A DNA stretch of 64,000 nt from Paraspadella gotoi. Taxonomy: Eukaryota > Animalia > Chaetognatha. The notes under the pieces are model-generated. The model made no database searches and had not been told where the DNA came from. It saw only the letters and a program-made list of their open reading frames with translations. A program made the translations under genes and the position numbers. The stretch spans positions 6,396,541 to 6,460,540 of the forward strand of contig CM119269.1 in assembly GCA_051294375.1 (NCBI GenBank), written 5' to 3'. This document shows, in pieces, positions 1-16,133 of this stretch (the first letter of the stretch is position 1; every line of letters starts with the position of its first letter).

Positions 1-491
1 TTAGCCTTTCGTCGCCATCAGCGTCGCTCTTAATGGCATCGATGCCAGAATCGCAGCCGTCGTCGGTGCCATTTCTAATGGCGCAAAGGAGTCATTTTTG
101 AACTGACAATCGGAACTGAGAATATTTTTTTGATGACAAAGTCTTCATGAGGATATCATCGTCATTTCGGTCGTCGCTGTCATAATTGTCATTGTCATAG
201 CGTGAATTTGAATTTATTTCAATTTCGTTTTCACTCTCGCCATATATTTTATCAGCGTGAACCCAAACCCATTCTGGCCTACCAAATTCCAATCACCAAT
301 CGCCAATGGAATCGCTGCCATCTTCCAATGCCATTACGGTCGCCTTCCCGCCAGTCGCCTCTATCTTTGCCAGTATCCTCGATCCCATCGTCTTTTTTCT
401 TCGTCGCCATGGCAACCGATTTGCAAATCGATTTTGGCCCACGGGACTCGACGTCCGTGGCCTTTCGGCCATCGCGGCTGGAATCAGCCAA

Positions 492-523
<32 letters not shown>

Positions 524-1892
524 ATGCGTTTAAAAGCGGACGCTAAACAGTTGGCGCTTTTATAGCGAATCTTGTCTGCGAAGAGTGAATGTTTTTAGAG
601 GCAAGCCACTTTGCACGATGATAGCTCTCATCAAAAGAATAAAAAAAAAAAATAATGGGATTCTTCCGTGATGATTCATTGAGTGACATTCACATTGATG
701 ATTCATTGAGTGACATTCACATTGAGGTTAACGACACGTGACGTCCTTGTTTCTCCTCTCATTCTCGTCAACACGATTGAAGAAGCTTGTCGCTGGTAAG
801 CAAGTGTGACGATATGGATCATTGGATTCTCTTGCTTGTTCGTCCTATTAACTGGGAATTCGTGGATGTCATAATTATCATACGCTAATAATCATACGCT
901 TATCATACACAAACAACTATCATACGCTACGTAACTATACCGAGTCTAGCTTAGTATTGTTGTTCCAAATTTGTCTTTGTTTAAAAAAAAAACAAAACAA
1001 AAAAACAAAAAAAACAAAAAAACGACGCTTTGTTCAAACGTCGCTCTTGAATAAAAAAACCAAATTTCAAATTCTCCCGCCGTTTTTTTTTTCCGAAGTC
1101 CGGCGCGCGTCGCTTTCAACCGAAATTCAGATTTTCATTATTAATTATCGTCGCGAATTTTATCCTTTTGCATCGGGATGAAAGAGAATATCTCGCGCCA
1201 CCACACCCCCCAATGTTGACGGATCACCACTCACCGCTCTCGGCTCCCCTCCCACCCCAAGGACCGGAATGAATAATTATGCGATGGTCCATTTCTTCCA
1301 GTTTCCCGGGCAATAACGCCGACGTCAACGCCGGCATCCTCGAGCGCGCTCGCCGAGGATCGAGATCGCTTTGCCGCGGCGTCGGGCGGCGTCGGGCGAC
1401 GGCGTCTTCATCGCCGGCGCCGTCGTCGTCCTCCGCGAAGACGCCATTGTCATCGTCGTAGCGCCAACGACGCCGGTTGACGCCGACCGACGCCGGGATA
1501 GAGATTAATGTTCCGGAAATGATTTCGCGAGACGCAAAGTTGTCGTCGTTGTCATATGCGGAGAGAGGTGATCGCAGGGGTCGGTTGTTGTTGTTGTTAT
1601 TGTTGTTGTTGTTGTTGGAGAACCGAGTCTCTTGATAAAAAAAATTCATGGGCGACTGAAGCTTGACCCGATTTTGCTTCGTCGTTCGGAAGGAAATCTT
1701 GGAAATTGTCGAAGTTTTAAAAAAGGAAAAAAGGAAAAAGGAAAAAAGGAAAAAAGGAAAAAGGCGACTGAAATTGTAAAAAAAAAAGGAAGATTGGGAA
1801 TGGCGCTCGTTTTTGAGCATGGAAATTGACGAATCTAAAAAAAAAAGCGAGCTGAACGAATGATTGCTACGTATCGACTTAATCGCTACCTT

Positions 1893-1990
1893 GTCACAAC
1901 TCGTAGCGTTCCTGACACAACTCTGAGCGTTCCTGTCACAACTCTTAGCGTTCCTGTCACAACTCTTAGCTTTCCTGTCACAACTCCGTA
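1893..1990. repeat. 21-bp tandem repeat (GTCACAACTCTTAGCGTTCCT, about 4.5 units)
   Basis: Direct reading; translates as SCDRNAK heptads on the minus strand. Confidence 0.85.
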
Positions 1991-2365
1991 ACGAGGCGGA
2001 TGAAATTAAGTCCCGCATGACTTCGCCATCGATAAAAAAAATAAGAAAACTCTTCGCAGCAGAAAATACAGAAAAATCTCAGTAGCGTCAGATGGAGCGA
2101 GATAGCGACAGATGTTCCTCTTTTGTCTTTTGAGCGCATTAGATTCTAAACGAATACTAACGGCGGCGAAGGATGGGAGCAGCGACGGCGAGAGATGGTT
2201 ACAGACGGAAATATATGAGGCGGCAATATATTCTCACAGAATATGATGGTGACAGATGGTGACATATGGTGGTCCAATGATAGATTGTGACAGATGGAAA
2301 GAGAAAGAGAGAGAGACGGCGACGAAAGTTGACAGAAGAGGATTGCTTTGGAGAAGATGAAAACG

Positions 2366-2450
<85 letters not shown>

Positions 2451-4102
2451 GCATTCTCTTTTGTTGTTTGTTTTCATCTTGAATTGATGTTTATTTCCGA
2501 TGTCTTTGCGGTTGAGATCATCGTCTTCTGCAATCGTTTAAACGTCTCGTCTCGTCGTCGTCGTCGTCGTCGTCGATCACGTGATTATCGTCGTCGTCGT
2601 CGTCTTTATCGTCTTGAGTCTTTCAGGGTTTTCGTCCTTGTTGCTTCGTTATCGCCGAGTGTGCTGGCGTAAGGACGCTGCTCCCTTTCCTCGTCTGTCC
2701 TTTGGATCCCTTTTCTTCCACTTTTCTTTTTTAATCTTTTCTTTTATTTTCTTCAGTCTTTCCTTTCTTTACTTCTTTCCTTCATTTTTATCGACTTTTC
2801 TCCTTCATTTTCATTTTCTTTTTTCTTTCCACAACTTTCTTATTCAGATCTTTCTTGTTATTTTCTTCAGTCTTTCCTCTCTTTTACTTCTTCCTTCATT
2901 TTATCCGACTTTTCTCCTTCAATTTATTTCTTTTTCTTCTACAACTTTTTCTTTCCTCTAATTTTCCTCCCTTACATAACTTTATCTTCATTCCTCCCAC
3001 CATTCCTATTCTTTTTTCCTCCACTCGACATTTTTCTTGGAATCGCCTCTCCTTTTCTCGCCTTTTAGCAACCGCTCCCTTTTCCTCCACGGAAAACGTT
3101 TCTTCCCCCCATCCCGCAATTTCTGAGCAGAAGAATCACGCTTCTATTTCTTTTATCCTTTTAAGTTTTATCTTTTTCCGTCTTTAAATCTTCCTACATC
3201 TATAATCATTTACTTCATTCACGAGTATCCGTAATGAGCAAGCAACCTACTGACATTTTAAAGACCCAAGGACCATCCATACTCCAATACCCCCGGCGCA
3301 TACTCCTCGCGCTAAAGACACCTCCCTTAGCAACTCTCCCTACGCACCTCCCTAGCACGCTCCCTAGCACCCTCCAAGCAAACTCTTTCTCTCGGCGTCA
3401 GTCACAGTTTGCCTTGCCGGCCTTCATAATCGCCTCGCAATGGACGGGAAGCTATTACTACATTTCCTCGGAAGAGCTTTAATAAATATTGAATAGATAG
3501 CCTTTAGTTTAATCAGGTTCCCATTGTATAGTAAAACCAAAGTCGTTTGTAAATAAGTTTACAAAAAAAAAAGTCGGCCATATATGTTTTATAAGCGAAA
3601 TATCGCTTTGATCTTTTGTTTTCGAGGTTAAACCGGCATCAAAAAGAGAAAGAAAAGCAGAGCAAAAAAAAAAAGTCAATGGCGCTTTTAGTTTTACTGT
3701 CAAGGTCAAGTTTTAGATTGGGTTAAACGACGCAAAACAAAAATCAACCTTGATCTTTTGTTTTCGAGTACGTTTTTTTTCTTCAATACTTGTTTTTTAA
3801 GTACGACTTTTTCATAATTTAACGGCGATTTGTTAATAAAATTGACTTGGTTTCAATATGGACAAAAATTCGCGATAAATGATACATTAAACCTCGTCAA
3901 AATATATAATTTTACATTTACAGTTCCGAAGACAACGAATGAATCCCAGATATTTCAAACATAAAAATTGTCATAAATGTTATCTTTTAGTCGCAAGACA
4001 GAAAAAACCCTCAGCTGTGGTCAAAAAAATGTTATTTACAAAATTTATTATTTTTATTTTTTATTAAAATTTCAAAAAAAAAAAAAAAAAAAAACTGATT
4101 AC

Positions 4103-5416
4103 CGGCGACGTTGAGGTTGACCTCCCGACTGATTTTTCGGATCCGTAGAAACTTGACATTCGTAGACGCCGGCGTCCTCCGGTTGAATGTTGGAAAATCT
4201 GGAGGTTCCAATCTGTTTGTTGTCCAGATGGAGGACGCGATAGCGATTTGTCTGACAATGGGGGGCGGAGGGGGGGGGGGTAATAGTTTAGATGACTAAC
4301 GAATGACTAACGGAATGTCTAACGGGCGGTTGTGACATAACAAATAGAATCGCAAGGCTTTGTTATTTTTTGTTTGTTTTTTTAAATAAAAATAATTAAT
4401 AAAATCTCTCTCTCTCTCTCTCTCTCTGCTCTCTCTCTCTCTTTCTCTCTTCTCTCTCTCTTTCTCTCTCTCCGCTCCTTCTCTCTCTCTCTCTCTCTCT
4501 CTCCTTCTCTCTCATCTCTCTCTCTCTCTCTCTCTCATCTCTTCTCTCTCTCTCACCCGAAGCAAAAGTAAATCGCCGAGGTGAGAATATGCAAATGGTT
4601 TTTCGAACCAAGATACCTGGAAAGGAAAGTTGCGGATTATATTTTTAAATCACGAAATAAAATATCTTCTTGCAGACAATATAATATACAATATATATAA
4701 TAATCACATGATAATACGAACACAGGAAATAGATAGATCTGATTGTCTCGCTGTCTCGCTTGATATTTTTGCCTTTTTTCTCTCTTGACCAATCAGAGAG
4801 GCGTCTTCCCTCAGGGAACGACGAGAGAGGAAGAGACAATCAGATCCATCTCTCTATTTCTGCGTTGATACTTAATAAGTATTACTTACAGTGTAGGGAC
4901 CAAATCTTAGACAGTACATCTGAGATAGGTCGTCGAACCTAAACCAATCACAAATAACTTGAGACTGATATGTAAAAAATTATAAATACGGAGTATACAA
5001 AACTCTTATTGCTAATTGATAAATATTGAAAATATTGCCGCGAACGTATCGTAATTAATTATAAATTATAAAAAAATTATTACGATCAACATCATGGCTT
5101 CTACATTTCATTTTTCGGAATTCACAGATTTCACATCCACTCCCGTCCCCCACAGGCTCCCCCTTCTCACACCTGGACTTGAAGCAACAACGTTGAGGGT
5201 TCCACGAAGCGTGGCATCGGCCCCGGGGTTCCAGCATCATGTCGCCGGCACCCGGCCCCCGGGGATTCGCATAGGCCGTTAGGCCCCTACGACCCCGGGG
5301 GGACCGAGGCTCTTGACTTGAGGATCGCTCGAGCGCTTGAGAGTTCGGTGGCCGGTCGGCCGAGCGCTTGAGGGTCTCGGGCTTTTGGGGCAAAGGGTGG
5401 GAGGCGCGGGTGAAGA
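4103..5416 (-). pseudogene. Duplicate of the Dpr-like exons (about 5416-5173, 4938-4890, 4616-4557, 4251-4103), indel-rich
   Basis: Same exon sequences and splice sites as 10228-11830, with scattered 1-bp indels. Confidence 0.75.
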
Positions 5417-5729
5417 CTGTCGGGAGAGGGGGGGTGTGACCGAAGAGGCGGTTTGGAGGCGTAAGGGGAAAAGGGCGGAAAAGGGGAGAAAAGAAAATAA
5501 ATATTGAAACGTTGAAAAATGATTAAAAAGTGTGACGATTCATTCATTCCACCGAAAAATCCATTTTAATCTCGTAAAATTCTATAGGGAGTTGACGCTC
5601 TGACTCCGGTCTCACAATTTTTTCTCGGTAGTGGGAAGGAGAGAGGTGGGGCAGGGCGAAAGGTAATTTCTTTTTTTTGACTATTCTAAATGATTTTTAA
5701 GTTGTGGAAGTGGAGAAGGTTCGAAAGAA

Positions 5730-5766
<37 letters not shown>

Positions 5767-6149
5767 GAGATTAGATAGAGAGAGAGAGAGAGAGAGAGAG
5801 ATTGAGAGGCGGACCGGCGATAGAATCACACCGCCTTCAATCCGCAATCCCCATTGGTTCAGCAGTTGTTCCATCCATTCCCCGGTGTGGCTTAGCGTTA
5901 CGCTCTATTGTACCGCGTCACTGGCTGGAGCGATATTAAATTGACTTTTGAAAACGAAAATGCGTAAACCATGAAAAAATCGATTACTTATGACCCAATA
6001 TGTACATATTTGAACCGCAGCGCAAGCTTTCGCATAGGGCCGCACCAGGGCGCCGTGGAGGCGCCGCTTAAGAGCGCCGTAGAAGTGCCATTCGATGTTG
6101 AGCGCAGAATCTCAGCATTTACCAGTGACTCTCACCGGAAGTCAAGGAT

Positions 6150-6213
<64 letters not shown>

Positions 6214-6385
6214 TCCCCTTTACCCTCTGCGGAGAAAGGCGGAGGCTTCAATATCAAATTTAATGGAGTCTGCGGGACTTAAAGACGCTTAGAAGTGGCT
6301 TTGGCCCAGAGTTAACGAGACAGATTCCGGATCGAACGTTCCGCCGCTTTTCATTTTCAGTCTAGGTCTCTCTCTCGACTCTCTC

Positions 6386-6451
<66 letters not shown>

Positions 6452-6940
6452 TCTTGCGATCAATTTTCGACCTTAAACATACCATTTTGATAATTATATA
6501 CCTGAGAGTTGATATTTATGAACTCTAATCTTGACTTAGTTTTATGTTGTGAGGATGAGCGGCGTGAGCGTGAAGTGACTGGTTCACGAGCCTCGATGAA
6601 AATTAGTCTCATTAATCATGAACGCAATCGCAACTGGTGAACATCGCAAACAGCAGCGAACAGCAATTTCAGCAGCAACGATGACGGGCGACGTCACATT
6701 GACTTGACTGATCGCAGCTGTGATATAGGAAAAGAAGATGATTACAAATATAATTAATATAGAATATATTTGTGATATTAATTATTATAAGTACATTGGT
6801 CTTCTTTGGAGAGAAATAATTAATATCGAGAATAACGGTCAGGTATATTGAAAAAAAGAGAAGATGAGGAAGAGGAGAAAAGCAGTTGGAGAAAGAAAAA
6901 GAAGAAGAAGAAGAAGAAGAAGAAGAAGAAGAAGAAGAAA

Positions 6941-6983
<43 letters not shown>

Positions 6984-7446
6984 GAAAAGGACAGGAAAGT
7001 CAAAGCAGTAAAAAAGAAGGAAAGGAAATTAAAAGACAAGGTTTTTAAATTGTTCGAGCGAGCCACGTATTGATGATGATTTGCTGTTTTTGAAAATTTT
7101 GAGCAAGACTGGTTTTTCCCGATATGATGGAAAGTAATTAAAAAGTATGAAAAAAAGCTGCCGAGCTAGTTTATATTTTCCTCTTTCTCTATTGTTTTCA
7201 TTTCTTTTTTTATATCTTTAAAATATATAATTCAATTTTTGTACGGTTCATGAAGTTACTACAACGTCATTTAATGTTCAATGTAAACACAAAATAAGTT
7301 AAAACATATTTATTTCATTATATTTTTCAAATGTTAATTGTACAAAACATCTCAAAATTCAAATTTTTAAATGTGATTTATTCTTCCAATTTTGAAACAA
7401 TCAAGCAAAAAAGGTCCATCGGGTGTTGACCGCCCGAAACAAGCGA

Positions 7447-8236
7447 TCAAGCAAAGGGCTCTATGGTATGACCGCTCAAACCTCGCCATCTTGCGTTGAT
7501 CGACCACAAAGAACTTGTCAGACTCCATAAGGCTTTCATCTTGGGCTCGTCCAACATGCGTTGATGGTAAGCCCTTCAGCTTTGGAAACGCATCCAGCAT
7601 CCGGGTTTAAATAGCTGATGGACGTCGAACATCTCGAAGAAAAAAAGTCGGCCCAAGTGATGCTCTCTCTGCCATCCAGGGATGGTCGCCGAGGTACTTC
7701 TCAAAAGGCTCCAACTTCTGACAAGAGCTTCAAACGTACTTGGTCGCCTCTTCCGAGAATCCCCTCGCCGGAGCCGTAGCAAAGTCGGACCCAACCAGAG
7801 CGGAAATGATTACTGCTCTGCAGCGAGGTCGGAAGCTGGGGGGATGAAACATTTCCATTGATAGATTCATTAATAAAATAAATATTCATTTTAAAATTTA
7901 CATTGTAATGTTATTCTGTATACCCCAACAGCTCAACCCCCTCCTTCTCTGACGGTCTTCTCCGCATCAGTCTTGCCCAACATATCGTATTTTCGCGCAA
8001 AGTGGCGCAAAATGGCGCAGCTTTGAGTCAGCACCACGTCGCCGTTCTTGTAATAAGGCAGATTCGGGAAATCTAGACCGAGTTGAACTTTTCTTCGTCA
8101 AGCGGCGGGACTAAAACTCAGGACCGTCAGTCACATCGTATCGGAACGTCTTCGAAATCCTCGCACGCGTAGCCAGCAGCATGCGGATCGGCTGCGCCAG
8201 ACGCGTATTTTCCAGTAGCCCATACGTGGATGGCAT
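7447..8236 (-). pseudogene. GSTM: Second copy of the mu-GST with many 1-bp indels (pseudogene or, more likely, low-quality duplicate)
   Basis: Near-identical to 13903-14713 including the intron; differences are mostly single-base indels that break the frame repeatedly. Confidence 0.8.
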
Positions 8237-8458
8237 GATGGATAATAGAGATAGAGAAAAGATTGAGAGAGAGACGACGCGAAAATCTGAGGACTGGCGA
8301 TGGAAAAGGAGGGAAGATTTGATTTGGAATTTTCTTTATACTATATATATCGTGAAAAACGGTTAACACAAACAGGTAAATTTTTGAATGCAATAAAATA
8401 CAATGTTCATAAAACGATAAAAATAAGTTATAANNNNNNNNNNNNNNNNNNNNNNNNN

Positions 8459-8494
<36 letters not shown>

Positions 8495-8592
8495 GCGCAT
8501 TCTCTTTTTGTTGTTTGTTTTCAATCTTGAATTGATGTTTATTTTCCGATGTCTTTGCGGTTGAGATCATCGTCTTTCTGCAATCGTTTAAA

Positions 8593-8623
<31 letters not shown>

Positions 8624-10227
8624 CTCGTCGGTCACGTGATTATCGTCGTCGTCGTCTTTATCTCTTGGAGTCTTTCAGGGTTTTCGTCCTTGTTGCTTCG
8701 TTATCGCCGAGTGTTGCTGGCGTAAGGACGCTGCCTCCCTTTCCTCGTCTGTCCTTTGGACTCCCTTTTCTTCCACTTTTCTTTTTCTAATCTTTTCTTT
8801 TATTTTCTTCAGTCTTTCCTCTCTTTACTNNNNNNNNNNNNNNNNNNNNNNNNNNNNNNNNNNNNNNNNNNNNNNNNNNNNNNNNNNNNNNNNNNNNNNN
8901 NNNNNNNNNNNNNNNNNNNNNNNNNNNNNNNNNNNNNNNNNNNNNNNNNNNNNNNNNNNNNNNNNNNNNNNNNNNNNNNNNNNNNNNNNNNNNNNNNNNN
9001 NNNNNNNNNNNNNNNNNNNNNNNATCGACTTTTTCTCCTTCATTTTATTTTCTTTTTTCTTTCTACAACTTTTCTTTCCTCTAATCTTTCCTCCCTTTAC
9101 ATAACTTTATCTTCATTCCTCCCACAAATTCCTCTTCTTTTTTCCTCCACTCGACATTTTTCTTGGAATCGCCTCTCCTTTTCTCGCCTTTTAGCAACCG
9201 CTCCTTTTTCCTCCACGGAAAACGTTTCTTTCCCCCATTTCCCGCAATTTCTGAGCAGAAGAATCACGCTTCTATTTCTTTTATCCTTTTAAGTTTTATC
9301 TTTTCTCCGTCTTTAAATCTTCCTACATCTATAATCATTTACTTCATTCACGAGATATCCGTAATGAGCAAGCAACCTAACTGTACATTTTAAAGACCCA
9401 AGGACATCCATACTCCCATACCCCGGCGCATACTTCTCGCGCTAAAGACACCTCCCTAGCAACTCTCCCTAGCACCTCCCTAGCACCTCCCTAGCACCTC
9501 CCAAGCAACTCTTTCTCTCGGCGTCAGTCAGTTTGCCTTCCGCCTTCATAATCGCCTCGACAAGGACGGGAAGCTATTACTACATTTCCATCGGAAGAGC
9601 TTAATTAAATTTGAATAATAGTTTAGTTAATCAGGTTCCCATTGTATAGTAAAACCAAAGTCGTTTGTCAAATAAGTTTTACAAAAAAAAAAGTCGGCCA
9701 TATATGTTTTATAAGCGAAATATCGCTTTTGATCTTTTGTTTTTCGAGGTTAAACCGGCATCAAAAAAGAGAAAGAAAAGCAGAGCAAAAAAAAAAAGTC
9801 AATGGCGCTTTTAGTTTTACTGTCAAGGTCAAGTTTTAGAATTGGGGTTAAACGACGCAAAACAAAAATCAACCTTGATCTTTTGTTTTCGAGTACGTTT
9901 TTTTTTCTTCAATACTTTGTTTTTTAAGTACGACTTTTTCATAATTTAACGGCGATTTGTTTAATAAAATTGACTTGGTTTCAAATATGGACAAAAATTC
10001 GCGATAAATGATACATTAAACCTCGTCAAAATATATAATTTTACATTTACAGTTCCGAAGACAACGAATGAATCCCCAGATATTTCAACATAAAAATGTC
10101 ATAAATGTTATCTTTTAGTCGCAAGACAGAAAATAACCCCTCAGGCTGTGGTCAAAAAATGTTTATTTACAAAATTTATTATTTTTATTTATTTATTATT
10201 TCAAAAAAAAAAAACAAACTGAATTAC

Positions 10228-11830
<1,603 letters not shown>

Positions 11831-12147
11831 CTGTCGGGGAGAAGGGGGTGGGTGTTGACCGAAGAGGCGGTTTGGAGGCGTAAGGGAGGAAAAGGGCGGA
11901 AAAGGGGAGAAAGAAAAATAAATATTGAAACGTTGAAAAATGATTAAAAAGGTGTGACGATTCATTCATTCCACGAAAAATCCATTTTAATCTCGTAAAA
12001 TTCTATAGGGAGTTGACGCTCTGACTTCCGGTCCTCACAATTTTTTCTCCGGTAGTGGGAAGGAGAGGGTGGGGCAGGGCGGAAAGGTAATTTCTTTGTT
12101 TGACTATTCTAAATGATTTTTAAAGTTGTGGAAGTGGAGAGGTTCGA

Positions 12148-12206
<59 letters not shown>

Positions 12207-12558
12207 GGCGGACCGGCGATAGAATCACACCGCCTCAAATCCGCAAATCCCCATTGGTTCAGCAGTTGTTCCATCCATCCCCGCGTTGGCTTAGCGTTAC
12301 GCTACTATTGTAACCGCGTCACTGGCAGGAGCGATATTAAAATTGACTTTGGAAAACGAAAAATGCGTAAACCATGAAAAAATCGATTACTTATGACCCA
12401 ATATGTACATATTTGAACCGCAGCTGCAAGCTTTCGCATAGGGCCGCACCAGGGCGCCGTTGGAGGGCGCCGCTTTAAGAGCGCCGTGAAGAAGTGCCAT
12501 TCGATGTTGAGCGCAGAATCTCAGCATCTTAACCAGTGACTCTCACCGGAAGTCAAGG

Positions 12559-12600
<42 letters not shown>

Positions 12601-12776
12601 TCCCCCTTTACCCTCTGGCGGAGAAAGGCGGAGGCTTCAATATGCAAATTTAATTGAGTCTGCGGGACTTAAGACGCTTAGAAGTGGCTTTGGCCCCAGA
12701 GTTAACGAGACAAGATTCCGGATCGAACGTTCGCCCGCTTTTCATTTTCAGTCTAGTCTCTCTCTCTGACTCTCTC

Positions 12777-12824
<48 letters not shown>

Positions 12825-13386
12825 TGCGATCAATTTTCGACCTTAAACGATAGCCATTTTGATAATTAATATAACTGAGAGTTGATATTTTATGAACTCT
12901 AATATTTAATTAATTTATGTTGTGAGGTGAGCGGCGATGAGCGGTGAAGTGACTGGTTCACGAGCCCTCAGATGAAAATTAGTCTCATTAATCATGAACG
13001 CAAATCGCAACTGTGAACATCGCAAACAGCAGCGAACAGCAATCAGCAGCAACGATGACGGGCGACGTCACATTGACTTTGACGATCGCAGCTGTGAATA
13101 TCGGAAAAGAAGATGATTACAAATATAATTAAATATAGAAATATATTTGTGATATTAATTATTATAAGTACATTGGTCTTCTTGGGAGAGAAATAATTAA
13201 ATATCGAGAATAACTGTCAGGTAATATTGGACAAAAAAGAGAAGGATGAGGAAGAGGAGAAAAGCAGTTGAGAGAAGAAAGAAGAAGAAGAGGAAGAGGA
13301 AAGAAGAAGAAGAAGAAGAAGAAGAAAGAAGAAGAAGAAGAAGAGAAGAAGAGAAGAGAAGAAGAGAAGAAGAAGAAGAAGAAGAA

Positions 13387-13427
<41 letters not shown>

Positions 13428-13902
13428 AAAAGGACAGGAAAGTCAAACAGTAAAAAAGAAGGAAAGGAAATTAAAAGACAAGGTTTTAAAATTGTTCGAG
13501 CGAGCACGTATGATGATGATTGCTGCTTTATTTGAAAATTTTGAGCAAGACTGGTTTTTCCCGAATATGATGGAAAAGTAATTAAAAAGTAAGTGAAAAA
13601 AAGCTGCCGAGCTGAGTTATATTTTCCTTCTTTCTCTATTTGTTTCATTTCTTTTTTATTTTATCTTTAAATATTATAATTCAAATTTTTGTACGGTTCA
13701 TTGAAGTTACTACAACGTCATTTAATGTTCAATGTAAACACAAAATAAGTTAAAACATATTTATTTCATTTATTGTTTTCAAATGTTAATTGTACAAAAC
13801 ATCTCAAAAATTCAAATTTTTAAACTGTGATTTATTCTTCCAATTTTGAAACAATCAAGCAAAAAAGGTTCCATCGGGTGTTGACCGCCCGAAGACAAGC
13901 GA

Positions 13903-14713
13903 TCAAGCAAAGGGCTCTATGGGGTATTGACCGCCAAACCTGGCCATCTTGCCGTTGATCGGACCCACAAAGAACTTGTCAGACTCCATGAAGGCTTTCA
14001 TCTTGGGCTCGTCCAACATGCGTTGATGGTAAGCCTTCAGCTTTGGAAACGCATCCAGGCATCCGGGTTTAAATAGCTGATGGACGTCGAACATCTCGAA
14101 GAAAATAAAGTCGGCCCAAGTGATGCTCTCTCCTGCCATCCAGGGATGGTCGCCGAGGTACTTCTCAAAAGGCTCCAACTTCTTGACAAGAGCTTCAACG
14201 TACTTGGTCGCCTCTTCCGAGAAATCCCCTTCGCCGGAGCCGTAGCAAAGTTGGACCCAACCAGAGCGGAAATCGATTATCTGCTCTGCAGCGAGGTCGC
14301 AGCTGGGGGGAATTGAAACAATTTCCATTGATAGATTCATTAATAAAATAAATATTCATTTTAAATTTTACAATTAGTAATTGTGTATCTTGTATACCCC
14401 AACAGCTCAACCCTCCCTTCTCTGACCGGTCCTTCTCCGCATCAGTCTTGCCCAACATATCGTATTTTCGCGCCAAGTGGCGCAAAATGGCGCAGCTTTG
14501 AGTCAGCACCACGTCGCCGTTCTTGTAATAAGGCAGATTCGGGAAATCTAGACCGAGGTTGAACTTTTCCTTCGTCCAAGCGGCGGGACTAAACTCAGGA
14601 CCGTCGGTCACATCGTATCGGACGTCTTCGAAATCCTCGCCCGCGTAGCCCAGCAGCATGCGGATCGGCTGCGCCAGACCGCGTATTTTCCAGTAGCCCA
14701 ACGTGGATGGCAT
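13903..14713 (-). CDS. GSTM: Mu-class glutathione S-transferase, intact, 2 exons (14713-14427, 14302-13903), 228 aa
   Basis: MPSTLGYWKIRGLAQPIRMLLGY..KFNLGLDFPNLPYY..LTQSCAILRHLARK is the mu-class N-domain with catalytic Tyr7. A 124-bp GT..AG intron (14426-14303, phase 2) joins KDR to CDLAAEQIIDFR. The C-domain DFIFFEMFD..CLDAFPKLKAY ends in TGA at 13903-13905. Confidence 0.96.
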
Positions 14714-15511
14714 GATGGATATAGAGATAGAGAAAGATTGAGAGAGAGACGACGCGAAAATCTAGAGGACTGGCGATGGAAAAGGAGGGAAGATTTGATT
14801 TTGAATTTTCTTTATATATATATATCGATGAAAAACGGTGAACACAACAGGTAAATTTGAATGCAATAAAATACAATGTTCAATAAAAACGATAAAATAA
14901 GTTATAACAAAAATTATGTTGGAGTGCGTGGGTATCTTTTGGAGCGAAGATTACCATCATTTTTATAGTTGTAATGACATTTCATTTTTATAGTTTTTTC
15001 TCGGAGATCGTAAAACGTTTATAACTTTCGCCAAAAAGCCGATAAGAATGCTATGAAACTCCGGATCGAAATTCTCTTCAATTTAACTGGTTCATCGACC
15101 GGTTTTTTCTCTCGTGTTCAATGACTAAAGAAACAAGGCGATGAAAAAAAAAAATACTGTCTGAAAGTTTGAATGACGTGTCATGTCTGAATATTTGGAT
15201 TTGAGGAAAAAAACTATACCGCTGATTACAACCTTCAATCAGTCGCGTCGTTTTATTAGTCGTCTCTCTTAAGCAAAAGTGTCATCAAATTTTCTTTCTG
15301 TCTTTCGTATTTCTCTTTGCCTTTTTCCCATAAGAACTCCGATAACTCGAGATTTATAGGATCGAACCTTTTTCCATAACGCTTTTCAAACTAAAAAGGG
15401 TTTTGGTGGAGTCGCGTTTCTACGTGACTAAAAATTTGACAATATCGAGAGTATCCAAACATGAGAGGATTAAGATTTATTTTTTTACATGTATCTGAAC
15501 ATTAGTAAATA

Positions 15512-16133
15512 CAGTGTGTCCCAATGGTACTGTCGGTTAAGTTTTACATATTGTGCGGAACTGCGTTATTAAATGTTATTTCTGAGATAACAATGTCAAA
15601 GATAAGTTCTTACCATTTATGATACTATATTTTGAATTCAATTTTTCTCAATTTTTCTTTGCAGAACATTCAATTTAAATGAGTCCTCATTTCTCAATTT
15701 TTTCAATTTTTAGATAATTTTTTTTGTTTAGAATAAATTTTATTAAAAAAAATCATGTAAAAAAAAGATATAAATTATAAATTTTAATTTTGTATAAAAT
15801 AAGTGCATTAATAAAAATAAATAACAAATATTAAAAAAAAATAAAAAAGTTGATAAAAATTTTAATTTTATTATTTCAATAGTATGAAAAATATTTACTA
15901 AATATTAAAAATTATATAAAGTAAGAATTTTTTAAAAAAAATCTATGAAAATTTTATACCATTTGCTTTATGTAATAAATACAGGAGTTTGCTTGGTTAA
16001 ATTTTTAAAATTTAGGTATCCTATAAAATGATCCATACTTGTGCGCATATTCATTATAATGAATTAAAGTTTTTTCGATCTGGTATAGGAGCAGTAAGCT
16101 TTTCTTAACAGACAGCACCATTTGGACACACTG
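15512..16133. mobile_element. Tc1/mariner-type MITE (622 bp), about 800 bp upstream of the GST start
   Basis: 30-bp TIRs CAGTGTGTCCCAATGGTACTGTCGGTTAAG / CTTAACAGACAGCACCATTTGGACACACTG (3 mismatches), TA on both sides, AT-rich non-coding interior. Confidence 0.88.

Noticed and set aside
14195-14713. Programmed frameshift joining the two overlapping GST ORFs
   Set aside because: A conserved 124-bp GT-AG intron explains the frame change exactly.
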